Positions 1-10,291 of a stretch of DNA of 64,000 bases are shown piece after piece. The notes beneath the pieces are model-generated. The model saw only the letters and a list, made by a program, of their open reading frames with translations. It was not told the origin of the DNA and ran no database searches. The position numbers and the translations under genes are program-made. Numbering within the stretch: position 1 is the stretch's first letter; each line of letters opens with the position of its first letter. The DNA is from Calditrichia bacterium (GTDB lineage: Bacteria > Calditrichota > Calditrichia > RBG-13-44-9 > J075), in NCBI GenBank assembly GCA_050633245.1, contig JBOEGD010000020.1, forward strand, positions 269,712-333,711, in the 5' to 3' direction.

Positions 1-22
1 ACTGCCGACTGCCGACTGCCGA
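1..22. repeat. Tandem heptamer repeat (ACTGCCG)x3, probably continuing upstream of the window
   Basis: actgccg actgccg actgccg a read directly at the window start. Confidence 0.7.
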
Positions 23-144
23 TTCAACATACACTATCGACTATATAAATGGAATTCAAACTTTCCGAACGCGGCGTTTTGCAAAACCGAATGGTATTCT
101 TATGCAAAATCCATTATTATAAAGCGAACAGAGAAGGAGTTGAC

Positions 145-1023
145 ATGGAATTACTACATCTTCGTACGTTTGTGGTTGTCGCAGAAGAGGAAAATCTGAC
201 GCGGGCGGCCCAGCGCCTCTATCTAACACCACCCACGGTTAGCGGACATATCAAAGCGCTGGAAGATGAGCTAAACGTGACGTTATTTATCCGTAGTTCC
301 ACCGGAATGCAGCTTACTGAAAAAGGTGAACTGTTGAAGCAAAAGGCACTGGCAACGCTACAGGCTGCACAAAATATGGTGAATCATGCAACTGAGCTTC
401 AGGAGCATCTTATTGGCAGCGTACAGCTTGGTTTAAATGCTCCTCCACTGTTGCTGCGTGTCCCGCAATTGATTACAACGCTCGAATCGGCTTGTCCCGG
501 AATTAAACTTCAGCTGACATCTTCCTCGACAGGCAAGCTCTTAAAAGACCTACAGTCCGGTAAAATAGATCTCTCATATATTTTTGATGCTTCACCTTAT
601 CAGGATATTGAAACGATTCCCCTGGAAAATGTAGATTTGTCGATAGCGATTCCGGCATCCTGGGGCGAGCGAATAACCGGCGATAGCTGGGAAGAGTTGG
701 CTGCGTTCCCATGGGTTTGCTCCGACGGCTATTGTCCATCCCAGAGCTTAATTGACGAGCGATTTAGTAAGTTGGGGCTTGAATATGACCGTGTTGTAAT
801 GTCTGATGATGAGCGTACCAAGCTCGATCTGGTTCGCGATGGCGTAGGTATCAGCTTGCTGGAGCATGCTGCATTAACCACAGATATCGCGCAGAAAAGA
901 ATTGTCATTTGGGAGCATCAAACCTTCTCCGCAAAGCTTCACTTTGCCTATTCTACCAGTCGAAAGAACGAGCCGTTGCTTAGAGCTCTGTTACCGATAG
1001 TAAAGAATCTTTGGCAAGTTTAA
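145..1023 (+). CDS. LysR-family transcriptional regulator
   Basis: N-terminal HTH (LRTFVVVAEEENLTRAAQRLYLTPPTVSGHIKALEDEL) plus substrate-binding domain; start moved to ATG 145 after RBS AAGGAG. Confidence 0.95.
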   Translation: MELLHLRTFVVVAEEENLTRAAQRLYLTPPTVSGHIKALEDELNVTLFIRSSTGMQLTEKGELLKQKALATLQAAQNMVNHATELQEHLIGSVQLGLNAPPLLLRVPQLITTLESACPGIKLQLTSSSTGKLLKDLQSGKIDLSYIFDASPYQDIETIPLENVDLSIAIPASWGERITGDSWEELAAFPWVCSDGYCPSQSLIDERFSKLGLEYDRVVMSDDERTKLDLVRDGVGISLLEHAALTTDIAQKRIVIWEHQTFSAKLHFAYSTSRKNEPLLRALLPIVKNLWQV

Positions 1024-1099
1024 TTCCTACCTCATAAAAATTATATTATTATTCAGCAACATTTCAGTTCTTAACCAATCTCTTATATGCGAGGTCGCT

Positions 1100-1534
1100 A
1101 TGAATTCTGATGCTGTAAGTATTCGTTCAATTGTGCACGCACTTTATGACATCATCTCGGGGGATGCCGGTGAACCGCGAGACTGGGAGCGCGATAAAGC
1201 ACTTTTTTATCCAGACGCACGGATGATGCGTACCGGAGTTGACGATGCCGGAAAACCATGGGCTTTGTCTATGTCGGTAGATGAGTATGTGAATAACGTT
1301 GAAGATTACTTTGCCTTAAATGGCTTTTACGAATACGAAACGAAGTGTCGTGTTGAACAATTTGGGAATATTGCCCATGCCTTTAGCTATTATGAAGCGA
1401 AGCATCACCCCGATGATGTCGAGCCGTTTAAACGTGGAATAAATTCTATCCAACTTTATCATGATGGCCAACGTTGGTGGGTTGTCAACATGCTTTGGGA
1501 TAATGAGCGTGAGGGTAACCCACTGCCTGATTAA
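1100..1534 (+). CDS. NTF2/SnoaL-like hypothetical protein
   Basis: 144 aa; FGNIAHAFSYYE...RGINSIQL...WW..MLWD pattern typical of NTF2-like hypothetical proteins; GAGG RBS. Confidence 0.7.
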   Translation: MNSDAVSIRSIVHALYDIISGDAGEPRDWERDKALFYPDARMMRTGVDDAGKPWALSMSVDEYVNNVEDYFALNGFYEYETKCRVEQFGNIAHAFSYYEAKHHPDDVEPFKRGINSIQLYHDGQRWWVVNMLWDNEREGNPLPD

Positions 1535-1545
1535 GGAGCTGTAAG

Positions 1546-2478
1546 ATGCGCTTTTGGTCTTTCTTGTTTTTTGTGCTATTTTTCAACGGTTGTGGCGTTT
1601 TTAGTCATACTGCTTCCTTTGCCATTGTGCAGCCGCATCGCTGTAGCGATGAAGAGAGTCGTAAATACTTTCCGCAAGGCATTCACCCGGAAGAGTACAA
1701 TCTTGCACATCAGGAATTTTCCATCACCGTTCGCGATACTCTTGAACTGAAGGGCTGGCATGTTCAGACATCGCTGAATTCTTCCAGAGGGACGATGATT
1801 ATCGTTCACGGTATGGGAAGTTGTAAAGAACATCAGGTTGGCCTGGCAGAAGTTTTTGCCTTAAAAGGGTTTAACTCAATCCTTTTTGACCTGCCGGCAC
1901 ATGGTAAAAGCGGGGGAAAATACACCACTTACGGCTACTACGAGCGCCATGATATTGTTGAACTAATCGATTCGCTTGATGTACGATATAACCTACCGAA
2001 ACCATTGGGTATTTTCGGAAATTCACTTGGCGGAGCCATTGCACTACAGGTGATGGCTGAAGACTCACGGATTAAGTGCGGAGTAATTGAAAGCACTTTT
2101 GCCACGCTGGATGAGGTTGTTTATGATTATCTGAACGATGCTTTTCCGATGGCTACACGCGGCATGATTTCTTCAGCACTTGAGAAAGCCGGAAAGCTGG
2201 CCAATTTTGAACCCGACTCGGTGCGCCCTGAAGAATCTGCTAAAGGTATAGGACAGCCGGTACTGATTATTCATGGAACAGAGGATGCTCATATTTCGGT
2301 TGCTTACGGACGACGGATTTACGATAATTTACTTTCCGAAGAGAAAGAGATGTATGAAATTGCCGGCGGCACGCATGACAACCTATGGCAGGTTGGAGGT
2401 GAACCGTATAAGCAAAAATTTCTCGGCTTTTTGATAGACAAGATGCGTTTGCAGGAAGCCGTTTCCCTACAGGAGTAG
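1546..2478 (+). CDS. Alpha/beta hydrolase (Hydrolase_4-like), possible lipoprotein
   Basis: HG oxyanion motif, GNSLGG nucleophile elbow, HGTED and GGTH triad motifs; hydrophobic N-terminus with FNGC. Confidence 0.9.
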   Translation: MRFWSFLFFVLFFNGCGVFSHTASFAIVQPHRCSDEESRKYFPQGIHPEEYNLAHQEFSITVRDTLELKGWHVQTSLNSSRGTMIIVHGMGSCKEHQVGLAEVFALKGFNSILFDLPAHGKSGGKYTTYGYYERHDIVELIDSLDVRYNLPKPLGIFGNSLGGAIALQVMAEDSRIKCGVIESTFATLDEVVYDYLNDAFPMATRGMISSALEKAGKLANFEPDSVRPEESAKGIGQPVLIIHGTEDAHISVAYGRRIYDNLLSEEKEMYEIAGGTHDNLWQVGGEPYKQKFLGFLIDKMRLQEAVSLQE

Positions 2479-2481
2479 TTT

Positions 2482-3591
2482 GTGCGACCAATGAAAGATG
2501 GCCTGAATGAGGCTGCCATTGCGCGAATAGAACAGGCACTAGCCGCGGTTCTTCCCGATTTTAATCCAACACAATTTCGACACGAGGCGCTCGATAAATT
2601 GGACGATCTTGAGCTAAAAGAGCGCGTTACCCATCTCATAGGTGTCTTGTCAAATTATCTTCCGGAAGAGTATCCGGCGGCAGCGGATGCGCTTATTGCA
2701 CTGAAGCCGCACTGGGAGTCCGGTGATCCCGATGACAATCTGCGCGGATTTGCTGCCTGGCCACTCCTCGACTACAGCGCAACCTATGGTCTTCAGCATC
2801 CTCAAAAAGCACTTCATTTATTTGAAGAGCTTACCTCGCTATTCTCAGCAGAGTTTGCGATTCGCCCCTTTTATATAGAACACTTTGAAGCAACCTACGC
2901 CCGGGCAATGGACTGGTGTAAACATGATGATCATCATGTGCGTCGTTTGGCATCGGAGGGGATTCGTCCACTTTTGCCTTGGGGGTTGCGTCTGCAAAAG
3001 CTGGTTGCTGACCCTGCTCCAATTTTACCGCTACTCGAATTGCTCAAGGATGACAAAACCGATTATGTGCGTCGTTCCGTTGCCAATACGCTAAACGACA
3101 TCGCAAAGAATCAACCTGAAACAGTGGTCGAGGTGTGTAAGCGCTGGCAGCAGGGGGCATCGCCTGAACGCGAATGGGTGATTCGTCATGCAACGCGAAC
3201 GCTGGTGAAAGCGGGTCATCCTGCAGTGTTTGGTTTATTGGGATTTACGGATAATCCGAAAGTAGAGCTGGCCAAATTAGCGCTGAATAAGACGGCTGTA
3301 CAGCTTGGAGACGAGCTCACGGCAGATTTTGTGCTTTCTTCAACCGCGGCCAAACCGCAAAAAGTGGTTGTCGATTATGCGATTCATTATATGAAGGCAA
3401 GTGGCAAAACGAGTCCGAAAGTGTTTAAGTTCACGACCGCCAACTTAAAAGCGAACGAGCAGGTTCGGTTCTCGAAAACACATGTCTTTCGTGATGTAAC
3501 AACTCGTAAACACTATTCGGGAATTCATAAATACGAAGTTTTAATTAATGGCAAACCTGTCGGACTTGCTGAATTTATGCTTCAGGGTTAA
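2482..3591 (+). CDS. DNA alkylation repair protein, AlkC-like HEAT-repeat glycosylase with C-terminal Ig-like domain
   Basis: SAEFAIRPF, HHVRRLASEGIRPLLPW, YVRRSVANTLNDIAK, TTRKHYSGIH motifs. Confidence 0.9.
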   Translation: MRPMKDGLNEAAIARIEQALAAVLPDFNPTQFRHEALDKLDDLELKERVTHLIGVLSNYLPEEYPAAADALIALKPHWESGDPDDNLRGFAAWPLLDYSATYGLQHPQKALHLFEELTSLFSAEFAIRPFYIEHFEATYARAMDWCKHDDHHVRRLASEGIRPLLPWGLRLQKLVADPAPILPLLELLKDDKTDYVRRSVANTLNDIAKNQPETVVEVCKRWQQGASPEREWVIRHATRTLVKAGHPAVFGLLGFTDNPKVELAKLALNKTAVQLGDELTADFVLSSTAAKPQKVVVDYAIHYMKASGKTSPKVFKFTTANLKANEQVRFSKTHVFRDVTTRKHYSGIHKYEVLINGKPVGLAEFMLQG

Positions 3592-3623
3592 ATTCGCTTT
3601 TTGCCCCCTGCTTCTGATACGAA

Positions 3624-3652
3624 TTGCATCATCAGCTTCAATCCACTATATT
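3624..3652 (+). promoter_or_regulatory. Candidate sigma-70 promoter of the kinase gene
   Basis: TTGCAT-N17-TATATT. Confidence 0.5.
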
Positions 3653-3697
3653 TTTTAATTCACGCCTCTGAACTACTACACAAACCTGAATACGCTT

Positions 3698-6070
3698 ATG
3701 GTTGGTAAAACAATTGCGCATTATCGAATCATTGAGTTAATCGGCTCCGGTGGAATGGGAGACGTGTATCGTGCCGAAGATACGCGGCTGAAACGGGACG
3801 TCGCGCTTAAATTTCTTTCCCCACATCTTGTAAGAGATAATGCCGCCGCAGAGCGCTTTTTGCGCGAAGCGAGTGCTGCCGGCCAGTTTGATCATGCGAA
3901 TATATGTACGATTTATGATGTGAATCGGTCTGATGGTTACGTCTATATTGCAATGGCTCTGCAAAAAGGACAAACGTTAAAGCAGCTCATTTCCGAGGGT
4001 GACATTCCGATTAAAAAGGTGCTTAAGTGGAGCATGAGCCTGTTATCCGGTTTACAGGCTGCGCACAGTCGTGGCATTGTTCATCGCGATATTAAACCTG
4101 CCAATATAATGATCGATGAGCAAGACGCATTAACTATCCTCGATTTCGGTCTTGCAAAGATTCGTAGTAGTGAGCTCACTCAAACCGGTACCTCGATGGG
4201 AACGGTTGCTTACATGTCTCCGGAGCAGAGTTCAGGGCAGCCCGTTGACTTGCGTACGGATATTTGGTCGGTGGGAATTATTCTGCATGAAATGCTCACC
4301 GGCTCACGCCCCTTCAACGGTTCCTACGATCAGGCTGTTATTTATTCCATCTTGAACGAAAATCCACCAGCTGTTCGCAGCCTGAATCCGGTGGTCTCGG
4401 CAACAGTTGAGGAGGTTGTTTCCAGGGCTCTGGAAAAACACCCTGAGAAACGGTTTAATAGTGCTGCCGAGTTCTCTCAGGCCCTCGCTTCAGAAATGCC
4501 TGTTGAGATGGCAGAAGGACATAAGCGAATAAACTATTCCCGACCCGCTCCGGAATTTCATGGATCGAAGCTCGTCTTGCCGATTCTGCTGCTGATCGCT
4601 ATCCTTTCGATGACAACCTTCTGGTTCCTTGGGCAAAATAATGATTCGATAACGGAGGCGGAAAGCCAAGCCTATACTTCTATCGCGGTTCTTCCCTTTC
4701 TGGATTTAAGTCCGCAGAAGGATCAGGAGTTTCTTTGTGATGGAATTACCGAGGAGTTATCAACGCGCTTCTCGCGACTGAATAATATGCAGGTAATTGC
4801 GAGAAGTTCTGCAATGGCCTATAAAGATAATAAATCCGGCCCACGGCAAATTGCCGATGAGCTTGGGGTACAAACCCTATTAACAGGTAGTGTCCGAAAG
4901 CATAAGAATAAGATTCGTATCAGTGCTCAATTGGTAGATGGCAAAAGTGGGCTGAATGTTTGGGCCGATAGTTTTGATGGGCAGTACGATCAGATATTTA
5001 CATTGCAGGATGACATCTCGTTAAAAATTGCAACAGCCCTCAAGGGACATTTATCTTCCGGAGACAAAGGAACGATCCAGTTACAGCGTCACCCGAATAC
5101 GCGAGTGTATGAACTGGTTTTGCGCGGACGTTTTCGGTTCTCGGAAACTTACTTTAGAAGTGGTAAGGCGGAAGTGTTTGACTATTGCATGGAGCCTGTG
5201 TTTGATGCACTGGAGCTCGACTCGACCTATGCCTTCGCGTATGAAACATTGGCTAATGCCTATCATATGCGCTGGGTACGTAATCACTGGATAGATGATG
5301 AAGCAATTGGTCTTAGCGTAAGGTATGCCCAAAGAGCTTTTGAGCTACAGCCGAACTCTGCAGAAGCGTTGGCCACGTTGGGTATGTGTCAGATTACCCA
5401 AGGCAATATCGATAGTGGGTATCAAAATCTTAAAAAGGCGTTTTCTTTTGATCAAAATAATATAACCGCCTGGCATGCCTCCGCTTTTGTTTATCGCTTT
5501 ACGGGCGAGATCGAAAAGAGTGCAGCCTGCTTCCAGAGAGTTACGGAGTTGGACCCACTTACTGCTGTTCGTTATACCCTGCTTTCAGAAGGGCTGCTGC
5601 TCATGAATGATCTGCAGAAAATTGCGGTGAAACTACAACACCTTAAAGGCATGCCCAGAGTTCCGTCCCCGGTAACGGATCTGGCTGAGCAGATAGCTGC
5701 AGAAGTCATGTTGATGAAGGGAGAAATCGATTCTGCAGCCGTCATAATTGATGGACTCGAAAAGAATAAGCCTTCAGGATGGTACTTCACAAAAGCACTA
5801 CTTTTAGCGTCTGATGGAAATTTGGAAGAGGCGTTAACTTACGATCGATCTCCTGCGATTTACCTAGCCGCAGGAGAAGTGGATAAAGCTATCACCAGGT
5901 TTCGTAATGCGGAGGCAGATAGATTGCGGCCTTCCCGTTATCATCTGCTGCATAAGTATCATTGGTATCAGCCGTTTCGCCGGCATCCCGAGGGAAAAAA
6001 GATAATTGCAGAAGAACATCGAAAAGCTCTTGAGTTGCAGACCAAATATTCAGATGTTGCGCCATTATAA
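3698..6070 (+). CDS. Hanks-type Ser/Thr protein kinase with TM helix, TolB-N-like domain and TPR repeats
   Basis: GSGGMG, VALK, HRDIKPAN, DFG, YMSPEQ; TM segment; SIAVLPF...DGITEEL; TPR-like C-terminus. Confidence 0.95.
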   Translation: MVGKTIAHYRIIELIGSGGMGDVYRAEDTRLKRDVALKFLSPHLVRDNAAAERFLREASAAGQFDHANICTIYDVNRSDGYVYIAMALQKGQTLKQLISEGDIPIKKVLKWSMSLLSGLQAAHSRGIVHRDIKPANIMIDEQDALTILDFGLAKIRSSELTQTGTSMGTVAYMSPEQSSGQPVDLRTDIWSVGIILHEMLTGSRPFNGSYDQAVIYSILNENPPAVRSLNPVVSATVEEVVSRALEKHPEKRFNSAAEFSQALASEMPVEMAEGHKRINYSRPAPEFHGSKLVLPILLLIAILSMTTFWFLGQNNDSITEAESQAYTSIAVLPFLDLSPQKDQEFLCDGITEELSTRFSRLNNMQVIARSSAMAYKDNKSGPRQIADELGVQTLLTGSVRKHKNKIRISAQLVDGKSGLNVWADSFDGQYDQIFTLQDDISLKIATALKGHLSSGDKGTIQLQRHPNTRVYELVLRGRFRFSETYFRSGKAEVFDYCMEPVFDALELDSTYAFAYETLANAYHMRWVRNHWIDDEAIGLSVRYAQRAFELQPNSAEALATLGMCQITQGNIDSGYQNLKKAFSFDQNNITAWHASAFVYRFTGEIEKSAACFQRVTELDPLTAVRYTLLSEGLLLMNDLQKIAVKLQHLKGMPRVPSPVTDLAEQIAAEVMLMKGEIDSAAVIIDGLEKNKPSGWYFTKALLLASDGNLEEALTYDRSPAIYLAAGEVDKAITRFRNAEADRLRPSRYHLLHKYHWYQPFRRHPEGKKIIAEEHRKALELQTKYSDVAPL

Positions 6071-6091
6071 TTCAAAATATGAGGGGACTTA

Positions 6092-6571
6092 ATGCCATCA
6101 TCATTTCGCACCCCTGAAGAATTAACCTATGACCAATTGCGCTGTTTCCTCGTTGCTGCCTGGACATATATGCGGCGTGAGAATCCTATGTTTGCCGATA
6201 TTCCGGCTGAGGCCGATCCGGTGATGGAGCTTGCCCGCATGGAAAAAACCGTTAGCGAATCTCGCTTACGTCAGGCTGTTAAACAAGCAGTACAGGATTT
6301 GATAGCCGTTTTTAAGCAAATGCCCGCTGAACATATTTCGCGTCTTGAACAGCACCTTGATAAGGAAGAAGCACCGTCACTTGCGCGAATGCTCAGCAAC
6401 ACGCGATCGCGTATCGATCAACTCATTGAGCGAGCTGAAATACGCTCGGTTCGCGAATATTATCTGCTTCAGGACTATCTCTCCAGTGATGAAGCCAATG
6501 ATCTGCCTGATAGCGATCGACAACATGTTGAAAACCTTTTGACTGCCTATAAAAACCGTCCATTGGATTAA
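6092..6571 (+). CDS. Hypothetical helical protein
   Basis: 159-aa ORF with GAGGGG RBS directly after the kinase; no recognisable motif. Confidence 0.7.
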   Translation: MPSSFRTPEELTYDQLRCFLVAAWTYMRRENPMFADIPAEADPVMELARMEKTVSESRLRQAVKQAVQDLIAVFKQMPAEHISRLEQHLDKEEAPSLARMLSNTRSRIDQLIERAEIRSVREYYLLQDYLSSDEANDLPDSDRQHVENLLTAYKNRPLD

Positions 6572-6583
6572 GTGTATTAATTA

Positions 6584-6798
6584 AGACTGGAGCAGTTTTC
6601 AAAACTGCTCCAGTCTAATTCGAAACCGCCAACAAATGACGTTGCTTTTTTCTGGTTTTAACCAGACAACTGGAGCATTGTCAGAATGGAGCAGTTTGGG
6701 AGCTCGATGGCTCTCAATCTTTATTAAAAAAATTGCCGTAAATTTTGGTAACTATTTTTTTATATAACCTGGAGCAGTTTTCCAACCTGCTCCAGGTT
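6584..6798. repeat. Composite REP-like element, copy A: palindrome 6584-6616, core 6669-6704, palindrome 6766-6798
   Basis: AGACTGGAGCAGTTTT-C-AAAACTGCTCCAGTCT has perfect 16-bp arms; a related inverted copy lies at 40626-40873. Confidence 0.85.
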
Positions 6799-6859
6799 TA
6801 TTCACAGGTTGGTTGCAACTGTTCTAATTCGCTTTATAAGCTGAGGTACCCTTTAAACT

Positions 6860-7669
6860 ATGCGCAAGCTCATTCGCCGTCTTTTTATCATTTCCATCCT
6901 TCTCTTTGCAGTATATATTTTATCAGGACTTCCCGATAGCGCGCAGCTTCCAAAGGCAGCAAAAGATACCCTGCGAATTGCTACATTGAATATCAATTAT
7001 CGGAATCAGAGCGATGATGAAATAGAGGCATTCATTCGCCAAAATGAGCTGGACGTCATCCTGATTGTCGAGTATACAAAATGGACTACCTTTCCGGACC
7101 TTCTGAAGGACAAGTATACTATCGCCTGTGCTTACCCTGCAAATACTCATGGGTTAGCGTTGCTGTATCGCAAAGACTTGGATGTTTCTGCCTCCATCGA
7201 GCCGATACCGGTTAAGGTGGTTTGTAATATGCCATTCGTTGCTGCAACGATTGGTTGGAACGGAAAGAAATTTTCGCTGCTGGGCCCACACGCGCCTCCG
7301 CCGGTTCCACGCTGTGGTTTTACTACCGATAAGGTTTTGAAAGCGTATTCTGATCTTATCCAGGATGGGAAGCTTAAGCGTCCGGTGGGGAAAGCTGAGA
7401 ATGAAAAACCACTGATCCTGTTGGGAGATCTAAATGCTTTTCCTGTTCAGTCGGGAATTTCTGCACTTAAGGATGCCGGAATGGCAGACGCCTGGACGGG
7501 GAATCGTTGGGGTACGGGCTTGAGCTGGGCGCCGATTAAAGGACTATTTGCGCTTGCCCGAATCGACTATATAATGCATGGATCAGCAATTGAGGTGGAA
7601 ACAATATACAATACAAATCTTCCTGGCTCGGATCACAATGCTATTATTGCAGATATTCGCTTAAGGTAA
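6860..7669 (+). CDS. Endonuclease/exonuclease/phosphatase (EEP, YafD-like) protein with N-terminal membrane anchor
   Basis: LRIATLNI, DVILIVE, LGDLNA, RIDYI, GSDH motifs. Confidence 0.9.
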   Translation: MRKLIRRLFIISILLFAVYILSGLPDSAQLPKAAKDTLRIATLNINYRNQSDDEIEAFIRQNELDVILIVEYTKWTTFPDLLKDKYTIACAYPANTHGLALLYRKDLDVSASIEPIPVKVVCNMPFVAATIGWNGKKFSLLGPHAPPPVPRCGFTTDKVLKAYSDLIQDGKLKRPVGKAENEKPLILLGDLNAFPVQSGISALKDAGMADAWTGNRWGTGLSWAPIKGLFALARIDYIMHGSAIEVETIYNTNLPGSDHNAIIADIRLR

Positions 7670-7685
7670 ATACGAGCTGGTTCGC

Positions 7686-8846
7686 TTAGAATATGTTTGT
7701 CACATTAACGTCGACTGCTCCAGCGATGCCCATACTGTCTTTTACGTAATCCGGCGTGCGCATTCCGTTCAACACAACGTCTATGCCTTGCATTGATCGA
7801 CAAACGGAAAGCGCCTTTTGCGACATCGTCAGGTTTGCGAACTTAGGATTCGCTTTATCAAAGCCAGCCCTAAGTTTTGTTGTGCGTTCGTTTAATGCGC
7901 TATTAGAAAGACGAACGAGCTGATTGTTCTCAATTGCATTCAAGGGACGATTGGCGAGAACCGCAAGATCCAGCGATTGTGCCAGCTCAAGAACCGTTTG
8001 CTGCTTCTCGCTGCTTCTATAGGTTGCAGCACCTTTTTCTATCCAGTTAAACGGCACTTGAATCACCGCAAAATGTCCTTCTTCAGGTGTTAACCCCTTT
8101 TGCAGGCAGACATCCTGATATGCTCGCCATACCAGATCGAGATTAACAGCGTTAACAGAACCTGCCGACAGAGAAAAGCCATTTGATGAAATACCGTACC
8201 AGCGGATAAGTCCCTCGCTAACCATGTCTTCCATCTGCACAAATGCTTTACGAATACGATCATAAAACTGTTTAGAAGCAGTTTGTGAATCTATTCCCTG
8301 CTGCATAGCATGGCTCAAAAAATATTCCGGGTTGTGTAGCAGATAGACGTCGAGCGTATCCAGATGCATGCGGGCAAGAGTACGCGTAATCTGATCTTCC
8401 AGAAACTCAGGATGAATGCAATGCCAGAGTCCATTTTGATATTTAACGACTTCTGGAAACGGCTCCTCTTTCCCCTCTCTTGCTAAGGCAATCTCCATAT
8501 TTTCACCCTGAATATAACCAGCCTTGCTAACAATAATCAGCTCTTCGCGTGCACGCTCTCCCCACACCACTTCTTCATTTAACAGGTCTCCGATTAGCAC
8601 TTCGGCATTGCCATCAGTATAATTTGCGGACGTATCGAACAGATTGCAGCCACTTTGAAGCGCTAAACGAATGGCGTCTTTGTGTTGCTGGATGTCTGAA
8701 TGGCAGCGGTAGGTACCAAATCCTAACCGCGATGCGAGCAGATCGGTGCGTCCTAATCTCGTAAAGCCGTGCTGTTGAACAGAACTCGTCTGACGCTGAG
8801 CAAATTCGGCTGTTGCTGAGGGAGAAGCATATTCTGGTATAGACAT
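7686..8846 (-). CDS. Aldo/keto reductase
   Basis: LGRTDLLASRLGFGTYR, FDTSANY, VSKAG, LLHNPE, GISSN. Confidence 0.9.
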   Translation of the reverse strand: MSIPEYASPSATAEFAQRQTSSVQQHGFTRLGRTDLLASRLGFGTYRCHSDIQQHKDAIRLALQSGCNLFDTSANYTDGNAEVLIGDLLNEEVVWGERAREELIIVSKAGYIQGENMEIALAREGKEEPFPEVVKYQNGLWHCIHPEFLEDQITRTLARMHLDTLDVYLLHNPEYFLSHAMQQGIDSQTASKQFYDRIRKAFVQMEDMVSEGLIRWYGISSNGFSLSAGSVNAVNLDLVWRAYQDVCLQKGLTPEEGHFAVIQVPFNWIEKGAATYRSSEKQQTVLELAQSLDLAVLANRPLNAIENNQLVRLSNSALNERTTKLRAGFDKANPKFANLTMSQKALSVCRSMQGIDVVLNGMRTPDYVKDSMGIAGAVDVNVTNIF

Positions 8847-8938
8847 TATTTATCCTATTTCTATCGGTGTATAGCGGCGGATAAAATGCATCAATTTAGC
8901 GGAAAATGCAAGGGGGGATAGAAAGTATGACGGATAGA

Positions 8939-9751
8939 TTAACTACCATTTACCGGCGGATCATCTTTCATCATTTCATCTGCAAACTTTTGCAGCTTTT
9001 TAGCGGTGTCGTATCCGCCTTCTTTTAGTGTGGCAAAAATACTGTAGACACGATGGCGTAGCTTGCGAATGTCTTTCTCATAAAAGTCGTACAGCACGTT
9101 CAGCTTGTCGATTGTCTGATATGCATCGAGGTTTACGTTGGAATAGTTTTGCTGAATCGTTGTGCGGTTCGAGTGAAACATAATATCGATAATAGGAGCG
9201 AGGCCTTTTTTCTTCAGGCTTTCATAAAAATTGTAGAGCGCGGCTTCTTTAACAAACACCTCATTGAATGCTTTGATATATAAATCATAGCTTACCAGAG
9301 AATCAATGGCATTGATGATGAGCATTGGAATGCTTTTAAACGGATTGAAGTGATCTGGGGCGACTAACAATCTGCTTTTTATGTTCTTCAGCTGCTCGCT
9401 GATAACAGAGTTCTTTAAAAAACGACCAAAGGCATACTTTATCAATAGCTGATAGATAATGCCAACAAATACGGCATGAAGCATTTCATTGCCTTTAAAC
9501 TCTGGCAACTCGAGTCCGAAAAGCTTCAGCGGTTTTACGTCTCCGATATACAAGACCCAGATCTTAAATACCAGAGCTGCAAGCAACATATTTAGTATTA
9601 AATGGGTGAATATATAGGCGTACGCTTTTCCATTTGCCTTCTTAAAAAAGAGAGCAATAGATTCATTTTTAATGCCATCAAAGAAGATAATAATGTTCGA
9701 TAGCAGCGATATCGCGCTTACAATGAGGTAGTATTGTTGCAATTCTGCCAA
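8939..9751 (-). CDS. Hypothetical membrane protein (about 3 N-terminal TM helices plus soluble C-terminus)
   Basis: 270-aa AT-rich ORF with hydrophobic segments. Confidence 0.65.
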   Translation of the reverse strand: MAELQQYYLIVSAISLLSNIIIFFDGIKNESIALFFKKANGKAYAYIFTHLILNMLLAALVFKIWVLYIGDVKPLKLFGLELPEFKGNEMLHAVFVGIIYQLLIKYAFGRFLKNSVISEQLKNIKSRLLVAPDHFNPFKSIPMLIINAIDSLVSYDLYIKAFNEVFVKEAALYNFYESLKKKGLAPIIDIMFHSNRTTIQQNYSNVNLDAYQTIDKLNVLYDFYEKDIRKLRHRVYSIFATLKEGGYDTAKKLQKFADEMMKDDPPVNGS

Positions 9752-9888
9752 TTCCGTTAGGGTAATGTTTCGTATGAATATACAAAATAGTCATTCATAT
9801 GAAGTGAATCGGCGCAATTTTGATGAATTTACTGAAAAAACAGGGGAGATTGGAATAATACGCTCTGCCATAGCGACAGAGCATAGAT

Positions 9889-10242
9889 CTATACTTTGCT
9901 TAGAACGCCGTTCTTTGTCGATTGCTTCTTACAGGTTACTTTTCCTTTTTCCGTGAGGGTAAATCCCTCAATCTCCGGGTTCAACAACTTTCGGGAATAT
10001 GATATCTGAACCGGTTGAACGTAAGATGTCCGCGATAACACATCTAATACGCCAAGAATTTGACTTGTCCGCGCATTGAATTGTGTAATGATACTGGATG
10101 TTGGTAAAAAATCAAACCGATTCAGTAAATTCAGAATCTGTAGTGCCAAATCATCTTCATCCTGAACCTGATGAAGGTGTAGGTTGCGCTTCTTGATGTC
10201 TTGATTCATGCTTTTCTTTACGGCTCGTAGAATTTCCGTCAT
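9889..10242 (-). CDS. Hypothetical protein, possibly winged-helix
   Basis: 117 aa; AAGGGG RBS; C-terminal FTLTEKG resembles a wHTH wing. Confidence 0.55.
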   Translation of the reverse strand: MTEILRAVKKSMNQDIKKRNLHLHQVQDEDDLALQILNLLNRFDFLPTSSIITQFNARTSQILGVLDVLSRTSYVQPVQISYSRKLLNPEIEGFTLTEKGKVTCKKQSTKNGVLSKV

Positions 10243-10291
10243 CGTGTCCCCTTCGTGCTGTCTTCGTCCTGATAGAACCTATCCTGTATAA

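Noticed and set aside
55-69. LysR T-N11-A box (TTC-N9-GAA) upstream of the LysR gene
   Set aside because: The motif is too short and common to support without the divergent target gene, which would lie outside the window.
49-144. Longest-ORF starts in the track (49, 18086, 25782, 30575, 38285, 40976, 43369, 53261, 59286, 59315)
   Set aside because: Downstream ATGs fit RBS positions, signal peptides or family N-termini better; the extensions overlap promoters, hairpins or the REP.
6584-6798. Palindromic repeats with variable spacers as a CRISPR mini-array
   Set aside because: The repeats differ from each other, spacing is irregular, the central unit is not a copy of the flanking ones, and there are no cas genes.
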